64,000 nucleotides of DNA from Cyanophora paradoxa CCMP329 (lineage: Eukaryota; Plantae; Glaucophyta). The DNA is taken from assembly GCA_004431415.1 (NCBI GenBank), contig QPMI01000062.1:434001-498000 (forward strand), written 5' to 3'. Position numbers and translations under genes: made by a program. Below are positions 24,301 through 36,800 of this stretch, in pieces; position 1 is the first letter of the stretch, and each line of letters begins with the position of its first letter. The notes under the pieces were generated by a model. That model saw only the letters and a program-made list of their open reading frames with translations, had not been told where the DNA came from and did no database searches.

Positions 24301-27300
24301 TCCAGCAGCGCCACCATCACCATCTTCAGCAGCACGCCTGCCCCCGCCCCGGCCTCAGCGGACAGGGACGAGGCGGGGCGGGCCGGGCCGGGGGCGCGCG
24401 CCCTGCTTGGCGCAGCAGGCGTGGAGGGCCGCCGCGCTCTTGTGGGCGAGGCAGAGGAGGTGGAGGCGGGCGAGCGCCGGGGGCGCCCCGCCCTGCGCCC
24501 CCTGCCCGCAGGCGTACCAGAGGTGGTAGAAGGCGAGCCAGGCCTGCACCAGCGCCGCCTTGTGCTCCGCCGCCGGCTTCGGGGTCTGCTGGAGGGCGAC
24601 CAGCAGGGCGGCGACGGCGGCGGCGGCCTCGGCGAGGGCGGCCGGGGCGAGGCTGGGCTCCTCGCCGCGGGCGGCGCGGGCGGCGCGGGCGGCGGCCTCG
24701 GCGGGGTCGGGGCGCCAGGCCGACGGCGAGGCGGCCCCGTCCTCGTGCAGCAGCGCCAGCAGACGCTCCAGCAGCCCCTCCGCCTGCCCCGCCTTTCAGC
24801 GCTGCGCGGGAGGGCGGGCGAATGGGAGTTCGCATGGCGCACGCGGGCGGCGGCGGCGGCGGGGAGGCCCGGCTTGGGCCCCTCGGGGCTCCCCAGGGCC
24901 CGCCGCAGGAGTGCCACGGCGCACTGGAGGGCGCAGGGGCGCCCCGCGCGCCCCATCCGCATGCAGCTCTGCCGCGCGCCCTCACGAACGGCGGCAGAAC
25001 GTTGGGTGGGGCGGCGGGGCGGGGGCGGACCTCGAGGAGGAGGTCGGAGAGGCGCTCGCGCTGCTCGGGGGCGAGGCCGCGCCCCGCCTCCGCGCGCTCC
25101 CGCGGGGCGGGGCGCCCCTCCAGGTCCACCCCGAGGAGCAGCGGGGCCAGCAGCGCGGCGGCCTCGCCGTGCGCACCCGCCGCGAAGGCCGCCTCGGCGT
25201 GCGAGCCGGCGGAGAGGTGCCGCAGCCGCTCGGCGGCCCCCCGCACCGCCCCGGGCGTCAGCTCGGCGGCCGCCCCGGGGACCGCAGCAGCCGCCGGAGG
25301 AGAGCGGGGGGAGGCGGGGCGCCCTCGGGCGTGGCGGGGGCGCCGAGGGCGGCGGGGATGGCGGCGAGGGCGGCGGCGCAGGCGTCGACGGCGGCGGAGA
25401 GCTCGTCCCAGGGGGCGCCCCGCAGCTCGGCGGCCCGCCAGCGCACCCACGCGCAGCGCGCCCGGAGCACCGCCGCCTCCGCCCCAGGGCCCCGAGGGCG
25501 GCCGCAAGCGCCCCCCGCGTCAGACGCGCCGCCTGCGGAGGCCGTCGGCAAGCAGGGGAGGGGGCGGGAAGGCGGAGCGCACGTGCGCGAGGTGCTCGTC
25601 GCGCCTCGCGTCGGCAGCACCGGCGGGGCTCGCGGCGGGGGCGCCGCGGGGGCCGTCGGCGGCGGCGTCGGCGTGCAGCTCCGCCAGGAGCACCGCCACC
25701 TGCAAGGCGCGTCGGGAGGGGCGGGAACGCCGCGGCGGCGGCGAGCGGGGCCGGGGGCGCACGGCTGCGGGGAGTGGGTCGCAGAGGAGGCCCTCGAGGG
25801 CGCGCTCGGCGGCCAGGAGGGCTCCCCTGAGGCGGCGGCTCACGCGGCGCGCCTCGAGGGGGCCGCCGCGGGGCCACAGGGGCTCCTCGGCCCCCCCTCG
25901 GGGGCGAGGAAGGCGGCGGCGGAGGGGGCCGGCCCGCCGGCGAATGCGGCCAGTGACGCGCAGACGGCCTCGGCGCACGTGAGGCCGCCCAGCGCCGCCA
26001 CCCAATCCAGCGGCACCCGCGCCTCCTCCGCATCCTCCCCGGCCGCCCCCTCCTCGCCCTGGGCCGCGCCGTGCACCCCGAGGGGCCCGCCCCCTCCGCC
26101 CCGGCCGCGGGGGCCTCGCCGGCGCCGGCCTCGGCAGCCTCCGCCTTCGCCCTGCGCGGAGGCTTCAGCGCGGCGGAGCGGCGAGGGGGGAGGGGCGCAC
26201 GGGACGGAGGCGGGGATGAAGGGGGCGAGGAGGGTGTCGAGGGGCAGGGGCGCGGCGCCGGCCTTGCCGGCCGCGGCGCCGGCGACCGCCGCCCGCTGCT
26301 TCTCCTCCGCCTTGCGCTGCGACTGGCGCGTCCCCGCCCCGCCCGCCTTCTCCCCCGCCCCCGCCCCCGCCTCCTGCGCCCCCGCCGTCCCGCCGGCCTG
26401 CGAGGCGGCCGGTGCAGCATCCTGCGTGCCTCCCGCTGCGGCCTCTTGCGTGGCGGCCGGCGCGGGCTCTTCCGTGGCCCCCGATGCGGCCTCTTCCGTG
26501 CCTCCTGGCGCAGCCTCCTGCGTGGCGGCTGACGGAGTCTCCAGGGCGCCCGCCGGGGCAGCATCCTGCGCTGCGGCCGGAGCAGCCTCCTGCGAAGCGG
26601 CCGGCGGGGCAGAGACGGCCTGCGTGGCGGCCCCCGCCGTATCCTCCGAGCCGTCGACCTCCATGGGGGCCGGCCTCGCGGCGCCCTCCTCCTCCTCCCC
26701 CGCCCCCGCCTCGCCGCCCGCCTCCCCCTTCTTTGCCTCTGCATCCGCCGCCTCCTCGGCCTCTTCTTTGGCGCCGTCCGTCTGCATCGGCGCCGCCGCC
26801 TCCTCGGGCGCCGCCGCCTCCGCCGGCTTCGCCGCCTCCGGGAGAGGGGGCGGCGGGGGCGGGGCGGGGGGCGGGGCGGCCTCGTCCATCGGCACGTCCC
26901 TCGCCTCGGGCGCGGGGGCCGGCTCCGCCACCTCCACCGTGATGGCCGCGTTCAGCAGCGCCCGGCCCTCCTCCGCCCTGTGCCGCCCTCGCACGCGCCG
27001 CGGGGGCCGGGCGGGCGGGGCCGGCGGGGCGGACCGGGCGGCGAGGGCGGCGGCGGTGGCGACGAGGGCGGAGAGCAGGGCCTCCCACGTCGGCGCCCGC
27101 AGCTTCACGGCCGCCGTCGTCTCTGCGCGCGCCAGAGTCGGACGAAGAGGGCGCAGCGGGCGGGCCGGGCGGCCCCCGCACCGAGGGCCGGCTCGCAGGC
27201 CGGGCCGGGCCTGTACCCGCCGCGCTCCGCGGCGAGCCGCTCGGCGAGGCGCGCCACCTGAGCGGCCTGCGGGTCCGGCGCCTGTTCCGCCTCCTCCTGC

Positions 27301-28287
27301 TCCGCCCCGAGCCCGTACCAGCCGCTCGCCGCCGCCCTGCGTGTCGCGCTCAGCGGGGGCGGGCGGCGGTGCGTGTTGGGGCGAGGGGCGGGCACCTCCT
27401 GGGCTCCGGGGCGGCGGCCGGGGCGGGGCCGGCGGCGGCGTGGGAGCGGAGGGCGAGGAGGACGGCGTCGGCGGCGGGGCGGGCGGGGTGCGCCTCGGGG
27501 ACCTTGAGGGCGGCGCGCCGGGCCGCCTCGTCGTCGCCCAGGGCGAAGAGGACCTCGGCGAGGGTGGGGAGGGCGAGCGGGTGCTGCCCGTTGCGCGCCA
27601 CCGCCACCTCCAGCGCGTGCCGCGCCACGTTCAGCAGCCCCGAGCGCCGCGCCGCCTCCGCCAGGCGGCACCACAGCAGCACGTCCGAGCTCTCCAGCTC
27701 CGTCGCCTGCCGCCGCCCCGCGTCGGCCGGGCCGGCGGCGGGACCCCCGAGGGTGCGGGGGCGAACGCACGCGGACGAAGCAGCGGAGGGCGTCGTCGGG
27801 GCGCGAGCGCGCCTCGTGCACGGCGGCGAGGTTCTTGAGGGTCAGGTACTTCACCTGCTGCGCCAGCGGCCGCGCCCGCATGCTCGTCTGCCCGCTCCCC
27901 CGCTGGCCCCCGACCCTCAGCGCCCGGCGGTCAGCCTCGCGCCCGCCGGGCACGTCGCACCTCGCAGGCCTGGATGAGAGGCTCGGCCAGGACGCTCTCG
28001 TACTTCTGCTGCGCCCCGTCGAGGTCGCCGTTGGTCTGCAGGCCCAGAGCTTGCTCATACGTGTTACGAATGCGCGACTCCTGCACTCGCCAGGGTCAGG
28101 GACTGCCGGCGGGCGGCGGGGAGGGTTCGCGCCTGCGCTTCGAGGGTCTCGCGCTCCTCGTCGGACGCCGCGGAAGGCCTCGCGGACGCCGAAGCGGCCG
28201 CACGCGTGGCGGCGAACCGAATCTGCGCCCGCTGCGTCAGCGGGGGCCGGGCGGCGAGTGCGTTCGTCTTCCCGCGCTCCGCACCAT
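20875..28287 (-). CDS. CABIN1: CABIN1 / Hir3-like TPR protein (HIRA histone chaperone complex subunit)
   Basis: M/IRFAA...ETLEAQ/ESRIRNTYEQALGLQ...VKYLTLKNLA...DVLLWCRLAEAARRSGLLNVARHALE matches the CABIN1 N-terminus. Later WLYPFMLGKVGEKLG and EIPYRLHASRLKLL match its C-terminal TPR block. The 3' end is approximate because of indels. Confidence 0.85.
21348..21383. repeat. (GGC)12 microsatellite inside CABIN1
   Basis: Uninterrupted ggc run read directly. Confidence 0.85.
26414..26605. repeat. Degenerate 24-bp coding tandem repeat (~8 units, xxTQEAAP-like) in the CABIN1 linker
   Basis: Units such as gcagcatcctgcgtgcctcccgct / gcggcctcttgcgtggcggccggc / gcagcctcctgcgtggcggctgac; protein ASQEAAPAAAQDAAP...ATQEAAPGGTEEAASGATEE. 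Confidence 0.7.
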
Positions 28288-28428
28288 GAGGGCGCAATCG
28301 CTCCAAAAGCGCCTCCCGGGCCTCTGCTGTCCCTCTAGGGCATCCGAACTTCACGCAGCTAGTTCAAGCTTTCCGCAACGCTCTACCCCCCGCACGTCTC
28401 CCGCTTTGACTTGGCCCGGCCTCTCCCG
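28288..28428. promoter_or_regulatory. Putative bidirectional promoter between CABIN1 and TBCB
   Basis: Divergent start codons at 28287 (-) and 28429 (+), only 141 bp apart. Confidence 0.5.
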
Positions 28429-29576
28429 ATGGCAGAAATCCTCGCGGGCGGCGCAGGAGCACGCGTAGAGGTAAGGCGGCGTTTTGCAGCTGTCTGGTGG
28501 CCACGCGATGCCCGCTGACGCCAGCGAGCGCAGTTCACGCACTCGGTGCTTACAGGAGATGGCCTCGGCCGCCTCGAGACGCTGCAGGCCAACATGACGC
28601 TCGGCAGGCTCAGGGCACGCCCGCGCGCCGCCGTCCAAATCCGGCCGCGCCACTGACGCGCTTCGCGCGCGCAGGACCGGTTGTACGCCATTTTCGGGAC
28701 CAAGCCGGACCACCAGAAGCTGCAAATCAAGTCCTCAGACGGCGCGGTCCTTCGGACGATCGCTCCGGAGGACGACGGCGCCATCCCCGTCTCAGCTTTG
28801 AACGTGCAGGACGGCATGCGCATCCACGTGCGCTTTCCCGCTCTCTATGAGTGCTCTGCGTGCTCATAGAAGCGCTCGCAGGTCGTCGACGTGGACCCCA
28901 CAGGCGCGCTGGCGGCGCTGACAGACGTCTCCCGCGTCGAGAAGTACACCATGTCGGAGGGCGACTACGACAAGCGCACTGGTCCCTCGAAGCCTTGCAT
29001 GTAATGCCTCCTTGCCCATCTCACGCCCGGCCAGACAACTTCCGCAAGTGGAAGGAAAAGAACATGCAGAAGCCGGCAGCCGGGGAATCCAGCGATGCGG
29101 GAGCTGACAAGGCGACGAATGCGGCCGATGTAGCAGAAAAGATCAAGGTGGGCGATCGCTGCATGGTGCAGGGCGACTTCCCGAGGAAAGGGACCGTGAA
29201 GTTCGTAGGTGATCATGAGCAGATGTACATGTGCGCTTTGTGAGCACTGAATTGCCTTCTAACCCCGCACAGGCGACGTCAAGTTCTCTGCGGGGGTGTG
29301 GGTCGGAGTGCAGCTAGATGAGCCATCGGGCAAGAACGACGGCAGGTTCGCCTCCTCTTCTGCCCCGTGCTGCGCTCCCCGCTTCTCACGGCGGCCTGCA
29401 GTGTGAAGGACGTGAGGTACTTCGAGTGCCCGCCGAAGTACGGCGTTTTCGTGCAGCCGGACAAGGTCCAGGTCGGGGGTGCGTTGCGGCCCTCGGGTGC
29501 ACACCCCGCCCTCCGCTGATGGGCGCCGCATGCAGACTTCCCGGAGGATGAACTGGGGGACGACGACGAGCTGTAG
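28429..29576 (+). CDS. TBCB: Tubulin-folding cofactor B (ubiquitin-like plus CAP-Gly)
   Basis: DRLYAIFGTKPDHQKL...GMRIHVVDVDP...[84 protein letters not shown]. Confidence 0.95.
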
Positions 29577-29985
29577 ATCGAGATCTAGAGCATCCGAGCT
29601 TGTGCACGTGCAGAAGCTCCCGTCAAGCCCCCGGGAGGCCCCGCCGCCCCCGCCCTCCTTTCAAGCGCTCCGCGCCGGCGGCCGGTGATAGCGCTAGCTG
29701 TAGCGTTGTCCGTTAGCAATTGCATGCGCAAGCTCGAGCTCGAGCAACGGGAGACGAGAGACGTGACGACAACGAGCTGTAGGGCATGCGAGCTTATGCG
29801 CATGCAAAGGCTCCCCCTAGGCTCAATTGAATTCGAAAGAGGAAAGGCTCGGAGGAAATTCAATTCGATCTTCGTATTCAAGAACATAGTCCGACGGTCA
29901 ACAAATAGATGCCTAGGGTTCAAGGGTTAACACGTAAACGTATGTACAACTGCAAAGCTGGCCTCCTCGAGGAGCGACGCCGCGC

Positions 29986-32981
29986 CTAGGCGACGACGAT
30001 GACGGCGGCCTCCTCGAGGAGCGCGTCGACGAGGGCCGGCCGCTGCTCGATATCGGCGCCGGCCTCCCCCGCGAGCGCCTCGAGGCTCGCCGCGAAGTGC
30101 TCCACGGGGTGCAGCCGGTGCGCGTGGTCGCACGCCGCCAGCATCGCCCGCGCCGCCTCGCTCGCCCCCACGAAGACCGCCGGCTTGCCGGCGTCGATCA
30201 TGGCGCCGGCCGCGTCGATGAGGGCGTGGGCGGCGGAGATGTCGAGGGCCGTGCAGCGGGTGAGGTCGACGAGGGCCGGACGCGCGACGCTGGCGTCGGC
30301 GAGGGCGGAGGCGGCGGCGGCGAGGCGGGCGAGGGTGAGGCTGGAGAGGAAGGTGGCGGGGCCGGCGAGCTCGAGCACGTCCACCGGCTCGCCGGCGCCG
30401 CCCTCGGCGATGGCGTACACGGAGGAGCCGCACGTCGCCGAGCGCTTCATCCCGCCCCCGAGGAGCCGGCTGCAGAGGCTCGAGGGGGCCAGCGAGCCCG
30501 AGCCCGAGCTCGAGCCGCCCAGCAGCGCCGAGGCCTCGCTGGGGGCCGGCGAGGCGCAGGGCCGCCCTGCCAGCGACGAGACGCAGTCGGTGGAGGCGCA
30601 GCGCGAGGGCCCCGCCGAGCTCGCCGGCGTCGCCGCCTCGCCACGCCCCGCTGAGATCGCCGAGCGCAGCGCGTGCCGCGAGGGCCCCGCGGGGGCCCAC
30701 ATCGAGCGCTGCCCGGGGGCGCCGCAGCAGGCGGGGGCTTGGGGGGCCGGCGCGGGGCTGGTCGCCCCGGCCGCGGCTGCGGCGCGGGCTTCTTCGAGGG
30801 TGAGGGCGGGGCGGACGGCGAGGGCGAGGCGACCGCGGGGCCCGCGGAGGAGGGCGAGGGCGGCGGAGACGGCGACGCCGACGGCGACGCCGGCCATGAC
30901 GTCGGCGGCCGCCACGACGGAGACGGTCGCCAGCCACGCGAGGCCCTCCGCCCGGCTCGCCTGCCCCGCCGCGTGGGGGGGCGCGGGGCCGGGGCCGGGG
31001 CGGGGCGGGGCGCACCCCCAGGATCTCGCGGATCTCGCGCGGGGAGAGCATGCGGAGGGCGACGGAGATGAGCACGCCCGCCAGCACCGGCATCGGGATG
31101 CGGCCCAGCAGCCTGCGCCGCGCCGCGTCGGAAAGACGCCGGCGCCGGCGTCGCGGCGGGGCGGGGCGGAGCGCGCACGGGGTGAGGGCGTAGACGACGA
31201 GCACGAGGGCGGCGCCGCAGAGGACGCCCGAGCGGCGCGTCATCGCGCCGCTCTGGATGTTCAGGGAGGAGCGGACGATGACGGAGGAGACGGGCATGCC
31301 GCCGAAGGCGCACGCCATGAGGTTCGCGAGGCCCTGCCCGATGAGCTCCTGGTCGGGGTCGTGCCGCCGGGCGCGGGCCTTCGAGAGGCGGTCGACGGCC
31401 GAGGAGGAGAGCAGCGACTCGACCGAGGCGACGCCGAAGACCTGCGCGCGGGGCCGGGCGTCAGAGGCGGCGCGCCGCCCCGGGCCGTGCGAGCGGACCA
31501 CGAGGGTGTAGCTGGCGAGGGCGGCGGCGTTCGCGGCGGAGACGAAGGCGAAGTCGGGGAGGCGGGGCGCCGGCAGGCTGCTGGGGATGTGGCCGATGGA
31601 GGGGACGGGGAGGGCGAGGGCGGCGCTCGCGGCGGTGAGGGCGAGGACGGAGGTGAGGGTGGCGGGGAGGCGCCCGAGGAAGGGGACGCGGGGCAGGGCG
31701 AGGATGCAGGCGACGGTGGCGGCGGCGAGGGCCGCCGAGGCCGGGTTGGCGCCCCCGATCGCCCCCGCCACGTGCCGCAGCACGTCCAGCGAGTGCGAGC
31801 TCGGCGGCTTCGACAGGCTCAGCGCCGTCGGCAGCTGCTGCACCAGCACCGTCACCCCTGCGCCGCGCCGCTTAAGCTTCGGCAGGGCGATCGCGAGGCG
31901 GGCGGAGCTGGAGCGGCGAACCGATGCCGCCGGTGAAGCCGGCGACGACGGGGACGGGGACGAAGCGGGCGAGGGCGCCGAGGGAGAGGATGCCGGAGAG
32001 GGCCTGCAGCGCCCCGCACGCCCCCGTCACGAGGACCACCCCGGCCGCCCCGAAGTGCCCGTAGATCGAGTAGCACGTCGCCACGATCGCGGCCTGGGCG
32101 CGCGTGAGCTCGGCTGTCGGGAAGAGAGCTGCCAGCGCGCACCGCGGGGCCGCTCACGGCGAGGGGAGTTCCCCCTGCGAGCGGCGGTCAGCAGGGCCGA
32201 AGGCCGGCGCGGCGCAGGGGCGGAAGGGAAGGCGCCTGCGAGAGAGGCGACTACGGCTCCGACAATGGCAGTGAGGAGGCCGACCTCAGGCGGAAGGCCC
32301 GCCCCCACCGCTGCGCTCGAAAGGTCGGGCGCGGCGCGCGATGTGATCTGAAGTCAAAAGAGCCGCGGACCGATGGCGAGGGAGAGAGGAACGCTGACGA
32401 AGGCGATGATGAATCCCGCCTGCGCGAGCACGGCGGAGCTCAAATTTTTTTCGGCGGGGAAGGCGGCGGGGGAGGATGGGGCGGACCTGCAGGTCGTTAC
32501 GAAGGTTGGCGGCGGAGGAGAGGAGACCGGCCCACTCGCGCGCGAGCGCTCGAAGTCCCAGGTCCAGGCGCGGCTTCCAGGATTCGTTCGCGGAGAGAGC
32601 GCTAGCGGGAACGGAAGGAGGCCGCGCGCTCGCGGACGAAAGCTGCTGCGCTTGCAATTGCTGCTTGGACGATGCGCGTGCGGGGGGGCTCGGCGAAGGC
32701 CTGAACGTGAAGAAGGGAAGAAGGGGCGAATCCTGGGGCTTGCGAATCAGATCAAAACCACATCACAGGGGCGGGTGTCGGCGTACGTTAGCTGTTCGCT
32801 GAAATGTGAAGGGGTTGCCCAAGAGTGGAGTGGCTTCCGTACGCGCGTTCGTCAGGCCATTGAGATCGTCGGCGGAGACCGAGTTGACGAGACTGCGAAA
32901 GTTGAAGGCAGGCGCCGGCGCTCGTGGCGCGGCTGAAGCCGTTGAGGACCGCGGCAACGGCGCAGGAAGATCGGCCGCCAT
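29986..32981 (-). CDS. SulP/SLC26 anion transporter with C-terminal STAS domain
   Basis: DLQAGFIIAFVSVPLSLAIA..GLPPEVGLLTAIVG..GGTPLAVSGPA; RFVPVPVVAGFTGGIG; DPDQELIGQGLAN..FGGMPVSSVIVRSSLNIQSGAMTR; STAS LELAGPATFL..VDLTRCTALDISA. Confidence 0.9.
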
Positions 32982-33849
32982 GTTAGGCTGCTTCTGCACT
33001 GAACAAACACGGCCTGTGAAACGCGTCTACGGTATAATCTACGGTACACACAACGCCGCTGTGAACGAAGGTCCGCGACGCTGTGACGCTGCAGCTGGGG
33101 AACGTTTCCCCCTTTGGGAAAGTGAATGAAAGCGCTGCCCGCGCGAAGGAAGCACCAGCGCGTGCTGGGGGACGCGCACACGAAGCAGCTCGAGCTCGCA
33201 GCAATTGCAAGTAAACGGGAAGCTTAAGCGCTGATCGGCGGCGATTTCGGCGCGGCTTCTGCTTACCAGCACAACGTTCACGCATTAATATTGCGTGCTC
33301 ATTTTGAAGGGGCGAGGGGTATGTTGGGTATGTTGGGACCTGGGGGTACATTGCCCTGCAGTGCATGCAAATGCTAGCCCATGTTCCTCCGGCCACCCGG
33401 CCTACAGCTGAGGGCGCACATGTACAAACTCTTGAGCGCGCTATAGCGAAGGGAGAAGCCTTTGTCCGGTGGCCGGAGGAACGGTCATTCCGAATAATGG
33501 AGATCCGAATTGAGACGAATGGAGACGGTCATCGTGGAATGCTGTACCTAGCTGGCGCAGCCTAGCTAGCGCATGGCCGATCACCATCAGCAGAGGAGCG
33601 CACATGCAGCTGCAAGATCGCTGCGCGTCAGCATCAGCGGAGTAACCGCGCCGCGGGGTCAGCTCTTCCTTAGCTAGCGGACTCGGAGGGGCGCCCGCTG
33701 AAGTGCTGTGTTGGCATCGCGTCAATGCAAGATTCAAGCTTGAGGTAGCGATGGTGCCGGCGGCGATCTAGAGCCACGCGGTCGGCCGGTGGTCCGGTCA
33801 TGATCAGGCTCCGCGGGCTCCTCGCCGCCGGCACAGCTGGGGCTCGAGC

Positions 33850-36800
33850 ATGATCATGAGGCAGCGATGTCGAAGATCCGGAAGCAAACAGCCCCCGCGG
33901 CCGTTATCCGCGCCGGCCGCGGGGGATCCCCACGCGCTCAAGCTTTCGGCCGCGGCTGCATATGCATGCGCATCAGCAGCCTCCGATTCGACGCGGTTTA
34001 CATGGCGTGCCGGCCCGTTGCTCGGCTTTCTGTTGCTCTTGCTCTCAGCACAGAGCGCGTTAGGGGCGTCGGCGTCTGGGGCGTTCTCGTGCTCTGGCAC
34101 TGGTGAGCGCGCGCCCTGGCCCGCCCGCCGCGCGAGCCCGCTGACGTGGTATCTCGTGAGCAGCTTCGTCCTGTCTTGTACAGTTCAAGTGAGGGCCCTC
34201 GCATCTCGCGCTCTTGCCCCGTGCCATCGCCGATGCCGCGCTAGCTATCATAGTATAGCGCTGACTGGCGGTACTCTGCGGCAGGACCGTCTGCGGGTCG
34301 GCCTCGGTCGCGGGGCTCACGGAGGGCTCTTGCAGTGGAGCGGCGAGGTTCACGTCCCCGGCGGGTGAGCCGCGCGGCGCTCCTGTGCGTCCGTGGGAGG
34401 GCCCGCCACGACTCGGCCCTCGCGCACAGCTGCCGCCTACGCGCCCTCCCGCTCCGCGCTCCTCGTCGCCGACTCCAACTCTATACGCGCCGTGTCGAAC
34501 TTCTCCTCCTACGCTCCAGGTGCCGCAGAGCTGCAGCGCCCCCCGCCCCCGCCCCCCCCCCCCCCCCCCCTCCTCCGGATCCCCCACGCCTTTCCCCGCC
34601 CATGATAAAGCCTACACTTCATGCGGCTTGCCGTTTCTCCCCACCACCCCGCCAACCCCTGCCCTGCCTATACCCCCTTCTCCGCCTCCATCCCCTTACC
34701 CCCCCCGCCCTCCCTTCCCCCCCCCCTCTCCCGGCCCCCCGCTTTCCGCCCCAACTACCACCACCGCCACCACCCTACCCGACCCTGCTCCCTGCTCCAG
34801 CTCCCCTCTCCTCCTCCCCCGCCTCGCTTTTCTAACGTTCCCCCCGCCGGCAGCCTCCTCGGCGCTGACGGTGGTGGCCGGCTCCCCGTCCGGCGCCTCC
34901 GGCACGACCGACGGCACCAGCGGCGGCACCACCGCCCGGTGCGCCCCCGCCGCCCCCGCCGGCCGCTCCGCCGCCTCCGCCGCGGCCGAGCGCGGCGGGC
35001 GCAGCTTCTCGGGCATCGCGGCCGTGGCATACGACGGGGCCGGGGACGCGCTCTTCGTGGCGGAGGGCGGGCGCAGCGCCCTCCGCCGCGTCGCCCTCGC
35101 CACGGGCGCCGTGACCACCTCGGCGGCGGCGGGGGCGATGGACAGCCCCGGGATGGCCCTCGCCCGCGGCCCGGGCGTCCTCTACGTCGCAGTCACGTAC
35201 AAGCTCCTCGCCTTCAGCACCGCCGGTCCCGCCCCCGACTCCCGCCCGCCCGGCCCCCGCCCCCGCCCTCGCCGGCGCTGACTGGGGGGCTCGACGTCGC
35301 AGCGCCGCCGGCGTACCAGGCGACGGTGACGGGGGCGACGCCCTTCTCGCTGCTGGGCCTCACCCTGCTGCAGCAGTACTGCGAGGACTCGGCGACGGCC
35401 TCGAGCGTGCGCCTCTCCGACGACACGCGGGGGATGGCGTACAGCGAGGACGGCCACGTGTACCTGCTCGACGCGCGCTGCGGCAAGATCCGCCGCGTCG
35501 ACGTCGCGAGCGGGGCCACCGCCACCTGGCTCGCCGACTCCCGCATCGGCAGCTCCACGGGCTTGGCCCTCGAGGCCTCCACGCGCGCCCCGCCCCGCCC
35601 CGCTTCGCCCCGTCTTCTCCCGCCCCCGACTGACCGGGCCGCGCGCGCAGGGGCGTCCTCTTCGTGGCGACGCAGGAGAGCGCGACGGTCCTCCTCACGA
35701 CCACGTACACGTCGGCCCTCTACTACGTCAGCATCACCAGGTCCGGGCCCGGCCGGCGCGCGGTGAATCGGGTCCAATTGCAAGGCTCACGCTCCGCGCG
35801 CGCAGCGCGAGCCCCGCGCTGACGCTCCTCGTCTCGACGAGCCCGCCGGCGACGGGCGACGGCTTCGCGAGCCCCGCGCTGAACAACCCGACGGCCCTCG
35901 CTGCCGTCGACGGGACGGCGCTGGCGTTCGGCGAGACGGGGGGCCGGGTCGTGCGCGTCGCGCGGGGCGTGCAGGCGCCCAACGCGCCGGCCGTGAGCGC
36001 CGCGGCGGCCTCGCCGACGAGCGTCGCGGTGGCCGTGAGCGTGGGCTTCGACGGCCTCCTCGAGCTCGCCGGCTGCACGGTCTGGGCCGCCGCCCCGGGC
36101 CGCTCCGCATCCCTCGCCCTCCCCGCCGGCACCTACGCGGGCACCCTCGCCGGCCTCGCCCGCGGTCCGCCCGCCCCCCGCCCGCCCCCTCGATCCCCGC
36201 CTCGCCGCTCATGCGGCTCGGGCGCGCAGCGACGACGTACTCCGTGAACGCGACCTGCTCGAACGCGCTGGGCGCAAGCGCAGCCAGCGCTACCGTCTCT
36301 GTTACAACGCCGGCGGACGTCCCCTCCGCGCCAACAGCAGCCGCCTCGAGCGTGGGCTGGGCGACGGCGACTCTCACGTGGACGGCCGGGGACGACGGCG
36401 GGGCCGCCCTGCTTGACTGGGCCATCGCGCTCAACGGAACGACAGTGGCGACTGTCAACGCAGGCATCCTTGCGTACACGCTGGACGCCCTGCAGGCGTC
36501 GACAGCCTACTCCGCAGCAATCACAGGACGCAACAGCGCGGGTTCAGGGGTATCCGCTACACTCACCTTCACAACGACAGCAGCGCCGACCCCGACGCCA
36601 AGCCCGAGCCCGTCGCCCAGCCCGTCGCCGACGGAGACGCCGAGCCCGAGCCCGTCGCCCAGCCCGTCGCCGACGGAGACGCCGAGCCCGAGCCCGTCGC
36701 CCAGCCCGTCGCCGACGGAGACGCCGAGCCCGAGCCCGTCGCCCAGCCCGTCGCCGACGGAGACGCCGAGCCCGAGCCCGTCGCCCAGCCCGTCGCCGAC

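Noticed and set aside
746-27838. Very long Arg/Pro/Gly/Ala-rich ORFs in the track (e.g. 746-3265, 22957-25830, 24560-27838)
   Set aside because: Shadow ORFs from stop-codon scarcity at >80% GC; they overlap spliced genes with recognisable motifs in other frames or strands.
5367-32981. STEAP + HMA1 + SulP as a metal/ion homeostasis gene cluster
   Set aside because: They are separated by unrelated housekeeping genes and I see no shared motif; chance proximity is sufficient.
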